A stretch of DNA of 64,000 bases from positions 339,822,001 to 339,886,000 of the forward strand of contig OZ024741.1 in assembly GCA_964016885.1 (NCBI GenBank), read 5' to 3'. The stretch comes from Eledone cirrhosa (lineage: Eukaryota). The translations under genes were made by a program, and so were the position numbers. Below are positions 51,855-64,000 of the stretch, in pieces; within the stretch, counting starts at the first letter, position 1, and every line of letters starts with the position of its first letter. The notes under the pieces were generated by a model that saw only the letters and a list, made by a program, of their open reading frames with translations, had not been told where the DNA came from and ran no database searches.

Positions 51855-52212
51855 ATAAATGGAAACTATATTTATAAAACCATATTTATTCTACCATATA
51901 TATTTCAAGGGTACCAAAACTTTGATAAATGGAAAAAATGAAATTTCATTTCTCACTCTTAGTACGGCTGATACTTGAATATAAGTATGTATACGTACAT
52001 ACATATATGTATACAGACGTAAACAAACTGAACATATACATATGTAAACAAACCGAACATTATAATAAATGTTCAGTAAATATACGTGTGCATATGTGTA
52101 TGTATATACATACAACTGTACGTCTGATTACATATATGTATGTACGTATACATACTTATATTCAAGTATCAGCCGTACTAAGAGTGAGAAGTGAAATTTA
52201 ATTTTTTCCATA
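51855..52212. repeat. Inverted-repeat element with one-sided tail, between (TA)n
   Basis: 51929-52010 inverted at 52130-52211; tail 51858-51920 similar to 32241-32305. Confidence 0.65.
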
Positions 52213-52539
52213 TATATATATGTATATATATTTTGAGTATATGTTGGTTGTATACCAACACCTCAGTATGCAGATTGGAGTATTCGACGAAGTGCGCAGG
52301 TTGGTTTGGTTACTCCGGAGTAATGTAAAATAAACTAAAATAAATAAGTCAATAAACGAAGCCAAATTTTAAATATTTGACTTATTTATTTTATTTTATT
52401 TTATATGTATATATATATATATATATACATACACGTGACTATATATATATATACATACGCGTGACTATCTCCCCCTCCGCCTTTTGGGATTCTTTCTCAC
52501 GTCGTGTAGACGCGTTCTTGAGACTAGTAAAATGAGGTA

Positions 52540-52627
52540 TCCTCTTGATAAGTTGGCAGACCTCGCAAGGACTCTATATCTTTGATATATTGTTTTTGTT
52601 TATGCCACGAAACTACGTAGTCGAGGA
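52540..52627 (+). ncRNA. Type I hammerhead, U3-A8 variant
   Basis: TCCTC TTGATAA G(T)TGGCA...TGCCAC GAA ACTACGTAGT C GAGGA; cleavage GUC (C52622). Confidence 0.82.
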
Positions 52628-53130
52628 ATTTAGGAACAGTTTAGGTATGATACATTTTATTACTAATTATATCTAAATGTTTCTTCTCTCTTCATAATGT
52701 ATTTTTAACTCTGATACTGGTTCAGTCTAGTTCAAACTGAATTGGTCTGTCCCAGTCATTCATTGAGCAACATCGGTGAAGTTGGCACCCTTAACTCACA
52801 GTTGGGTGCGGATGCATTCATGTATATATGTGTGAGTCCGCATGTATCTGTGTGTTTTTACATATATTAATAACTCCCTCTGGTCGAGCAATCTTTGAAG
52901 TGTGGGGACAACTGGAAAGCTTCCATTACTCATACTTCTCGCCTTCTTCACTACCTCTTCTACGGCCTCGATATGAATACCCCCTCCGCCTCCGTGGTAT
53001 TTTCTTCGTGGTTATAAGAGGCTTAGCTCTGTTTCTCGACCGTTATATCGCGTGACTATCTCCCCCTCCGCCTTTTGGGATTCTTTCTCACGTCGTGTAG
53101 ACGCGTTCTTGAGACTAGTAAAATGAGGTA

Positions 53131-53218
53131 TCCTCTTGATAAGTTGGCAGACCTCGCAAGGACTCTATATCTTTGATATATTGTTTTTGTTTATGCCACG
53201 AAACTACGTAGTCGAGGA
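53131..53218 (+). ncRNA. Type I hammerhead, U3-A8 variant
   Basis: Identical to 52540-52627; cleavage after C53213. Confidence 0.82.
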
Positions 53219-53287
53219 ATTTAGGAACAGTTTAGGTATGATACATTTTATTACTAATTATATCTAAATGTTTCTTCTCTCTTCATA

Positions 53288-53355
<68 letters not shown>

Positions 53356-53397
53356 TACATATATATATATATATATATATATAAACACACACACACG

Positions 53398-53453
<56 letters not shown>

Positions 53454-53456
<3 letters not shown>

Positions 53457-53553
53457 CGAAGGAAATGTGGTAAGGAACCAGGTGGACCATAACGCACCAA
53501 AGTACTCAATACTTGAGGTAGTAGAGTGGGTAATAGAGGGGGTCTTACTGGTT

Positions 53554-53557
<4 letters not shown>
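53454..53557 (-). mobile_element. Miniature PLE footprint in (TA)n
   Basis: Tail matching the intact element plus inverted arm GGGGTCTTACTGGTTCCTA. Confidence 0.88.
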
Positions 53558-53605
<48 letters not shown>

Positions 53606-53631
53606 CACACACACACACGCACACACACACT

Positions 53632-53674
<43 letters not shown>

Positions 53675-55012
53675 GAAAGGTAGGGTTTTTCTTTGGTTGC
53701 TAAAGAGCAGTGGTTAATTAGTCACCGCTTCTAAAATTCACATCAAGGCTATGAAAGTATTTATTCCATGAACATTTCCTATATGATTCTCTACCATACT
53801 AAAGGCCTGGGTTGTAATTTGTAACTTTATAGCAATCAAGCTTGACCGTTGAGGCTGGAACACATGTTTTCAATTGGAGAGAGCACAGACCACTCTAAAA
53901 CAATAACAATAATTGTATGAAACATCAAAACTACAATTAACAGTTCCACATAGTGAACACTGTTTTATCTAGCAAGAACTTGCTGTAGAGGTACAACCTG
54001 CTGGCCACAGATGGTTCCAGAAATCATTACAGAATAGATAGCAGCTTGAAATATGGGCCAGTATGTTGCAACAGATTCACTTTTGATGTACATCTAACAT
54101 AGGTGGAGAATTGACAGAGGCGTTAGAACGTCGGATAGAATGCTTTATGTTATTCGTTCCGGTTCTATGCTTTCTGAGTTCAAATCCAGCCGAGGTCATC
54201 TTTGCCTTTTATCCTTTCGAAGTCTATAAAAGAAAAGTGTCAGTCTAGTACTAGGGTCGATTCTTCCTCTCTTTGGAAGAAATCTGCTGTATTCAGGACT
54301 AGAGAGGGATGGGCTCCGCCAGTCTTAAAATGCCCAAGAAAAGCTGTATGTCAATATTGCACCCCTACATACCTAACAGTGGGAAATATTATTCGTAAAT
54401 AAATATGATTTTTGCTCAAGAGAGAGGATACTTTGTTGGTAAAGATGTCACTAGTTCATCCTGACGTTGTTAACCGATCCTTGCAATAAGAATGTGTTAA
54501 ACAGATTGTCCCTAGTCTTATACACTCAGCAGACATCGTTGCGTGGTAAAGTAAAACCTATTTTATCAATTATGGCTTCTCATAATTGTTATCAACTTCG
54601 ACCCAATCTATGGTGAAAAGGTATTTGGTATGTTTCTATATCAAGAACAACATTTTCCAATATATATTTGTTGATTTAAAGGTGGTTTGCTGCTATTTCT
54701 AGCAGGTCAACGGATAATATTAACCCCATTCTTGATCGGTATTTGTAGAGTTGTTGTTACTGCTGTTTAACTATGTTTTATGCTTGCGTGTGTAGATGCA
54801 TATATTTAAAAACTAATACATACACTCACATGTACACACATACACTCACACACTCACATATGCAATTACACACACACACCATATATATATATATATATAT
54901 AGGAACCAGTCTACTACCTCAAGTATTGAGTAATACATACACTCACATGTACACACATACACTCACACACTCACATATGCAATTACACACACACACCATA
55001 TATATATATATA

Positions 55013-55091
55013 TAGGAACCACTCTACTACCTCAAGTATTGAGTACTTTGGTGCGTTATGGTCCACCTGGTTCCTTACCACATTTCCTTCG

Positions 55092-55094
<3 letters not shown>
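55013..55094 (+). mobile_element. Miniature PLE footprint in (TA)n (with a partial duplicate at 54900-54932)
   Basis: TAGGAACCA stub fused to the tail through CCA microhomology. Confidence 0.85.
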
Positions 55095-55190
<96 letters not shown>

Positions 55191-55233
55191 CATTTATATA
55201 TATGTATATATATATATATATATTCACACACAA

Positions 55234-55330
<97 letters not shown>

Positions 55331-55375
55331 CATTTATATATATGTATATATATATATATATATATTCACACACAA

Positions 55376-55434
<59 letters not shown>

Positions 55435-55677
55435 TATATAAAATAAATATATATTTGTGTGAGGGGAGACTTACGAATATGGAATTTCTTTGGTACACAC
55501 AAATGTTCAATTCAGTTAAGCAAGACTGTTCAATGGAATATTTGTGAATCTGCTAGAGAGAGAATCCTACAGTTTTCTATAAGATATTTCATGTTATTAC
55601 AATTATCTATATTAAATTATAAACTTTGGAAACCTGTATAGAACAATTCAGAACAATATAGGAAAATACGGTGGTAT

Positions 55678-55786
<109 letters not shown>

Positions 55787-55810
55787 TATATGTAAATATA
55801 TATATATATA

Positions 55811-55902
<92 letters not shown>

Positions 55903-56040
55903 TATATACATATGTATATATACATATGTATATATATTAATATGTATATACATGTATATATGTACATATATGTGATTATATATATTTATGTGTGTGTGTA
56001 AATACATATATACATTTATATATATATGTATATATGTACA

Positions 56041-56145
<105 letters not shown>

Positions 56146-56287
56146 GTGTGTGTGTGTGTGTGTGTACATACATATATACATATATATAAATATATATATA
56201 TATGTATATATGTATGTATATATGTTTATATATATATATATGTCTGTGTATATACATACACACAACTGCACACACATATTTATATAA

Positions 56288-56441
56288 TAAAAAGTTTAAC
56301 CCCGACGGCAGAGCTGAAGCCATTTCGACGGGTATTTCTGGACTCGGGGTCAAACCTTTTCCTATTACCCACTCTACTACCCTATGTATTGAGTACTCTG
56401 GTGCGTTATGGTCCATCTGGTTCCTTACCACACCTCCTTCG

Positions 56442-56444
<3 letters not shown>
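56288..56444 (+). mobile_element. Miniature PLE footprint
   Basis: Inverted HHR 3' half, then TCGGGGTC..TTTTCCTA plus tail ending GTTA(TA)n. Confidence 0.82.
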
Positions 56445-56499
<55 letters not shown>

Positions 56500-57468
56500 A
56501 TATATATATATATGTATGTATACACATACATACAAATATACATACATACATATGTAAATAATTATTTATATATTTAAATTATACTCAGCCTAGTTAACAA
56601 TATGTTTATTAAACATACATACGTACATACATACATACATGTGTTCAATTTTCGGCGGTTCGTTGCGTTCTCTAGCAAAATTCTTTACTTCACGTTGTTC
56701 CAGCCGCCTCCCAGCTAGCACAAATGAGTTATGCTTACAATTTCAAAGACTAGCCTCACCATCCATTTTGTCACGTTGAATCTCCCTGAGAAATGAGTTA
56801 AATGTATAAGTGTCTGTTGAATGCTCAGCGGTTTGGCCATCAGTTTCATGAGAAAGCTGTTATGTTGAGCAACTGAAACACTCCTCGTCGAAAGTGACGG
56901 ATGTCCAATACACACACACGCACACACAAACACACATACACAGACACTCACATACATACATACACACACCAACACACTCGCACACACACATGCACACATA
57001 AACACACACACATGTATGATATTGCCCCAAACTAGCAACACAACCAACAACAACAACAACATATTGAAAGGGAACTTGAGAAGGAACTTTCTCAAATAAA
57101 CTAAAAAATTAGTAAAATATGAATAGGTCAAAATAACAATAGGGAACGTAAAAAATAAAATCTAAATATATTTGCAAGGAAAGGATTTCATAAAATATGT
57201 CAAAAATCCATCTCCAGTTAGAAATGTTATATGAAATATCATTTATTTATAGAGATCTTCCCGTTCACTTTCTGACAATAGATTGATGACTTATAGAAGT
57301 GGTGGTGGTGGAGGTGGTGGTGATGGTGATGGGGGTGGTGGTTGTGGTGGTGGTGGAGGTGGTGGTGGTGGAGGTGGTGGTGGTGACGGTGATGCTTGTG
57401 GTGGTGGGGTAGAAGTAGTGCTGTTGTTGTTGATAGTGGTGGTGGTGATGGAGGTGGTGTTGTTGTTG

Positions 57469-57500
<32 letters not shown>

Positions 57501-58992
57501 GGTGGTGGTGGTGGTGGTGGTGCCAGCGAGAGTGGTGATGATGGGGTAGGGTGAGATGGTTGGACGTGCTTTAGTGATGGTTTAGTGGATGTGGTTGATG
57601 GAGTGATTGTTGTTGTTTGTGGTGGTGGTGGTGTTTAGTTGTTGTTGTTGCTGGTGGTTGGTTGTTATTGTTGTTTTTGGCTTTAGTTGCTTTTGTTGTT
57701 GTTGGTTGGTTGGTGTTGTTCGTGGTTATTATTGTTGTTGTTGGTGGTGGTGGTGATGGTATTACGTAGGTGGGGTTTTTTGATGGTTGATCATTTTCGT
57801 TGACGATGGTATTGGTGGTTGGTTTGTTGGTTCAAACACAACCATACAAAGACGTACATGACATACATACACAAACACATATATACATACCCACACACAC
57901 AAACACATTCAAACATACGCACATATACAAACACACAAAAAAACCCCACAGAAACGTACATATACCTGGAAACACACATATACAAACACAAACATACACA
58001 TGTTTTCACACACACATACACATACGCAAACATGCACAAATGCACACAAACATACACACGTAAACAAACACACGCAAACAAACACACGCATAAACATATG
58101 CACAAACATATGCACACACACGCATATGAACACACATATATGCACACTCACATAAATGCACACCGTGACATGCAAACAGGCACATGCGAAGACACGCATA
58201 TACATACATAAACTCACACAGAAATACACAAACAGATGCACACTTACATATGAACACACATATATAAACACCCACACATATGCACACAAACACACAGACA
58301 CATGCATATACATACATAATCTTACACAGAAATGCACAAACATATGCACACACACACATACGAACACACATATATGCACACCCACACATATGCACAAAAA
58401 CACACACACACGGGCATATACATACATAAACTCCCACACAAAAACACAGACACATGCATATACATACATAAAACTTACACAGAAATGCACAATCATATGC
58501 ACACACACACATACGAACACACATATATGAACACTCACACATATGCACACACACACATGCAAATAGACACATGCAAACACATAAAAATAACAACAAACTG
58601 AGTTTTATTGTCAGAAAGACGTCAATGTTGGCTTTGGTGACAAAAAACATCAAAACGATGCAACGAAACACTCCACTCACAAAATGCATTTCAAAAATGA
58701 CAGTAAAACAGGTTATATATATATACGTGTATGTACGTGTGTGTGTGTATGTCTGACTGTGTGAATGTGTATGTGTTTATGTGTTTATGTGCGTGAATGT
58801 GTGTGTATGTGTGTATGCGTGTATGTGTGGACGCATGTATGTGTGCCTGAGTACGTATTTGTTTACATATATTTATATATATATATATATATGAATGTGT
58901 ATGCATATCTATATATATATATATATATATATATGAATATAGATATATAGATATATATACGAGTTTGTATATATATTTGTATATATATTTGT

Positions 58993-59251
58993 GAATCACC
59001 TTGACCGACCAGTCTGTCGGGCGCCAATCGGCGCCGCTGGTCACAGCACGTCGTGCTGTTTTAGCCATAAGATAACGCCATCCCACTGGCTGGGCGGGCA
59101 GGCCAGTACTCATTTCTACAGCTGAGTAAACTGGAGCAACGTGAAATAAAGTGTCTTGCTCAAGGAAACAACACATCACCCGGTCCGAGAATTGAACTCA
59201 CAACCTTTCGATTGCAAGCCTAATGCTCTAACCACTAAGCCATGCGCCTTC
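58993..59251 (-). mobile_element. tRNA-derived SINE (family B, CORE-like central segment)
   Basis: GGCGCATGGCTTAGTGGTTAGAGC (A box), GAGTTCAATTC (B box), TCCTTGAGCAAGACACTTTATTTCAC. Confidence 0.75.
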
Positions 59252-59263
59252 ACACACGCACAT

Positions 59264-59306
<43 letters not shown>

Positions 59307-59402
59307 TATATATATATGCATATATATATATATATATATATATGCATATATATATGAACCGAATTTAACTGTAATTTTGCCTGTTTTGTTTTGTTCCTTT
59401 AT

Positions 59403-59564
<162 letters not shown>

Positions 59565-60010
59565 GATCAAAACTCCCAAATCACTAACAAAATGGCAAGA
59601 CGTTTTTCTTTGAGTCAAGAAAATGTTAGGGATTTGCAAATCAGTCAGCGAACTAGTGTGTGTATATTATAAATGGACATATATCTCTTGTGGACAGATG
59701 CATATGTATGAATGCATGCCTGTCATTATTCCTTATGCATGAGTGTATGCCATACGTACATATGTGCCTGTGCATATATCTTCGTTCCCCTAAACAATTG
59801 GATTTGGAGGAGTGAGTGAGTTAGTTTGATCCAGTATTTCGAGGCTTTTAACCATATCTGTAGTTATATAGCCCAATGCACCTATTATAATAGGTAGATA
59901 TATATATGAACCTATAATCTACTATAATAGGTAGATATGTATATGAACCTATAACCAACTATAATATGTAGGTATATATGAATCTATAACCTACTATAAC
60001 AGATAGTAGG

Positions 60011-60066
<56 letters not shown>

Positions 60067-60432
60067 CAATGTACGAAGCCGAATTTTTAGCTTTTCAAGC
60101 GCTGAGAATATAGGTATATATGCAAATATAAAAAAAGTGCTCAAGCGCTGAAATGCTATAAACATAGCTTATAAAATAGGATGAAGGCCCTTAAAAGACG
60201 GCAAAAGGATATCATTGGTTGTGTTTGGTAAGTATCTAGATAGATATACACACGCATTTCTGCAATTGAGCACTTTCTTTATACTTATATATATATATAC
60301 ACACGCACACGCATATATATATATATATACATATGTGTGTATATCGATATATATCAAATTAAAGAACGAGTTAAAGACTCACGTTAATCCCATATAATTT
60401 AATATCTTTGTGTATTTTTCTCTACATACTGT

Positions 60433-60477
<45 letters not shown>

Positions 60478-60561
60478 ACTTTCACCGTAATATATATAAC
60501 TTTCACCAGATCAATGGAAAAAGATAAGTATTGACGTACATGTACGTCAATACTAATCTTT

Positions 60562-60633
<72 letters not shown>

Positions 60634-61201
60634 GCTATAACCAAGATATAACAGGTGTAAGTTCTATATTAGCTCACTTTAGACCACACAGTAACCTCTG
60701 CGTCTAAAACGGTGCATGGATTTTATTCACTGTCCCATAGAACAATATCACCAACTCCATCACCTTAATGCTCACTCCCACCAACACTACACTTCAACCA
60801 CTACCCCCACCAGCAGCAACACCACCACCACCACAACCACCACTACCATCACCACTAGCACATGACAGATAAATAGACAGATAGGTAGACAAAGAGACCG
60901 ACACTAAAACGGAATAATAGATAGATAGGCAGAAAAGTCGTTAGACAGAAGGATGCGTAGTTGGTATTGTAGATATTGTCCGAAGATAGATAGATAGGTA
61001 AGTATATATAAATAGGTGGGGTTTTTTTTACTAACTACTGACCGTCTTGTCAACGCAGTTTTCTGTGAGAGTGAGAAGTAGAGAGGAAAATATAGAGTTA
61101 GTATTTCCCAAACAAATCTAGCAGAAATTAGTTGTAACATGACAGCTGTGCATTCATATAAATAAATATATGTGTGTACTGTGTGTGAGTTTGTGTGTGT
61201 G

Positions 61202-61245
<44 letters not shown>

Positions 61246-61954
61246 AGTGTGTGTGTGTTTGTATAGATTATCATGCGTATATGTTGTTGCGAAAATGTTA
61301 TATTTGAGATAACATGTTAGCGATATTCTATATATATACATATACATACATAGATACATATATACATACACACACATGTGTGTGTGTGAGTGTGTGTGTG
61401 TGTGTGCGTGTGTAACTTACTTAAACAGCCTATTGAAATGGGGAAATGTTAAAATTGAATTGAGGGATAAATATTTTTTGTGTTATTTTATTTTTGTTTC
61501 TTCTTCCTTTCATTCTTATTCTTATTTCTATTTTCATTTCTTTACCTTTCTTTTCTCCTTTCTTCCGTCCTTCCTTCTTAACTTTCTTTATTCTATTCTG
61601 TTACCTATTCTGCTGTCCATCCTTTCATACGCTTTCTTTCACTCTATATTCTGCATTCTATCCATTTTTTTTAAAATACATTTTTAAGCTAACAAAATTT
61701 ACCAGAGTTTCGCAAGATGCCAATCTCTATAGAAAATATTGTTCCCAGAAAGCATTCATATGTCTTCTGTTATTTGTTTGCTTATATTTTGGGTTGTTTT
61801 CGTTTCTATTTTTGTTGTTGTTGTTGTTGTTTCATTTGTTTTTACATTTTTGTTTTACTTTCCAACTTATTCCTCTATTTTCTGGAGAATTCTGGAGAAT
61901 TATATGACGTCTCGATCCATTTGTTACCAATGTATAACATTATAAATATATATA

Positions 61955-61985
<31 letters not shown>

Positions 61986-62033
61986 GTACATACATATATA
62001 TACATATATGTATATATATATATATACATATAT

Positions 62034-62092
<59 letters not shown>

Positions 62093-62165
62093 CTATATTA
62101 TATTATATATTATATTATATTATATATTATTTATATTATATTATATTATTTATATTATATTATAT

Positions 62166-62209
<44 letters not shown>

Positions 62210-62288
62210 CGTATACCAATCTTATTGAAGGCGCAGCTTATGAATTTAAATCAAGACAGATATTTACCAAACACACAAAAACTTAATG

Positions 62289-62342
<54 letters not shown>

Positions 62343-62359
62343 GTAATAATAATAATAAT

Positions 62360-64000
62360 GTTTTCTTTATTAACCACAAGGGTTTACATAAAGTAGACAT
62401 TAAGGACAGTACAGGACAACACAGGACGGTACAAATGGGCATTTCTGCGTGTAAAAAAACAGAGGATGTAATAAAATAACAAAGAAAAATTCCCCAATAG
62501 GGGGGAGACTTCCGAGGGACATTTGTGGAGAAAGCCCATTAAAAGACCACAGTGACCCTGACCACCAGGGCAAGTGCCCTCTCCCAGTTTTCCACCTTTT
62601 ACAGACACATACTCAGAGTAGGCCCATTCACTCGGGCCATACTTGCTTCTCTCACCCATCTTACAACTAAATGCTGGGAAGAGAGCATTTCCCTCTCTAC
62701 CCTGATTTTCCTTTTAAAATGAAATTTGAAAAAGTTAATCAAGGCATCATCGAAGAGGTGAGTGCTCGTCTTCAGCCCTTTCAAACGTGTCCACCATACT
62801 ATCTCTTTCGCCATGGCCACCAGACAGATAAAAACTGCCTGCCCTTCCCGGCTAAAGGAGGAGGGCGGGGCAATCCTCACGATGGACTCAGCTGATAGCT
62901 GGATCTGTCCTACACGTGACAGCAGGTGTTCGACATAAACCCACAAGTCAGCAATGCTCGGACACTGGACGAGTGCGTGCAGGACGGTTTCGTCACCCTG
63001 CGCGTATCTCGGACATGCCCGGCTGACGGCACCTCCATGCCTGTAGAGTTTATCCCGAACTGGCAAAGCTCCTCGGTAACACTGCCAGGCCAGGGATTTC
63101 TGGAAGTTGTCCATAGGCTCCGGCCCGAAAGTCCTTCCGAAGAGATTGGCTAGTTGATTTTCGTCGACGCCTAGAGTTTCTCCAAGTACGTCGTCGCACA
63201 TCCCCTCCACTAATCCTCTATAGAACGCCAAGGTAGAGTCTCCACCGATCACATTGCCCGATTGGTCGAGGGCTGTGAGCGCCTGAAGACATTCCAGTCT
63301 CCAAGCGCTCCCTCTCGGTCTTCGCTTGACCCAGGACTGCAGCTCCGTCAAGGGGACGAGCTGGGGAAAGACGTGTCTAGCAAACGGCGACCACACCTGA
63401 TCACCGTCGAGGAAGAAGTGGAGATGTCGTAGCCTGAGCGCGTGTCTGCCCATCATCAGCCACGGCATTCCCAGCCCTCCACGTAGCGGGTGTTGACAGC
63501 AGATGGACCACCTGACCATCGGAGCGCGTCCTTTCCACAAAAAGCGAAAGAGCAAACGCTCCAGCGCAGTTAGGCGGGGCTTAGGACAAGGTACAACGGT
63601 CAGGCGGTAGTAGATGACGGACGCAATGTACGCGTTGGCCACATCCGCTCGACCTTTCAGGGATAGCTTCCTCTCCGCCCATTTCTGGGTGAGAGAAGCC
63701 ACCCTGCTCGTCACCTCGTCCCAGTTTTTGTCCGTCTGGAGGTCCGGACCGAACTAGACCCCTAGCAATTTAACCGGTCCGTCCGTCCAGCGCCCGACGA
63801 CGCTGTTGGTCGGCATGGACCTGCCTCTCCAGGTGCCGAGCTGCAGGCCCACTGACTTTTCCTGGTTGATCATTGCTCCTGTCACCGCTTCGTATTCTCT
63901 TAGTGTAGTGCCGATCGCCTCGATGTGTTTGGCGTTCGACACCACTACGGTGACATCGTCCGCATATGCTGACACGGATCTTCCGCATCCTAGTTCGCGC
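62360..64000 (-). mobile_element. Second copy of the Tx1-clade LINE (3' part; continues past the window), ORF2 inactivated
   Basis: Very similar to 6369-7964; 3' end abuts (AAT)n; TGG>TAG stop at 63754-63756; CPRC>CPRY. Confidence 0.93.

Larger units (their letters stand above)
52458..53292 (+). mobile_element. Retrozyme-like non-autonomous element: 591-bp unit with ~244-bp direct repeats, each holding an HHR
   Basis: 52458-52702 repeats at 53049-53293; no credible ORF; flanked by (TA)n. Confidence 0.82.

Noticed and set aside
60519-60563. Short palindrome AAAAGATAAGTATTGACGTACATGTACGTCAATACTAATCTTTT
   Set aside because: Single copy with no identifiable motif; probably another small foldback footprint.

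Overview
Eukaryotic, extremely microsatellite-rich DNA ((TA)n, (CA)n, (AAT)n, (CAA)n) with one 200-N gap. The SINE types and composition suggest a cephalopod (Octopus-like) genome; this is an inference. I can support no host protein-coding exon, and nearly all short ORFs in the track are translated microsatellites. The real coding content is retroelements: a near-full-length Tx1-clade LINE (6369-12179) sitting inside an (AAT)n array plus several relatives, and a young intact Penelope-like element (PLE; RT + GIY-YIG; 23942-30583) with inverted and direct pseudo-LTRs inserted in (TA)n. Remnants of mariner, hAT, Helitron, RTE, R4/Dong-like LINEs and SINEs are also present. The main signal is RNA. 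Reading by eye gives about 19 hammerhead ribozyme (HHR) motifs from at least 7 families, mostly in PLE pseudo-LTRs or short non-coding (TA)n-inserted units. They include U3-A8 core variants, a 591-nt retrozyme-like tandem unit, and a family (4316, 31151, 31745, 33232) in which the three hammerhead strands are joined in a non-circularly permuted order, with a conserved kink-turn and compensatory base changes. About a dozen miniature PLE footprints share two fixed TA-ending termini, which suggests twin priming on a ribozyme-processed RNA. All structures were assigned by eye and need folding and cleavage tests.
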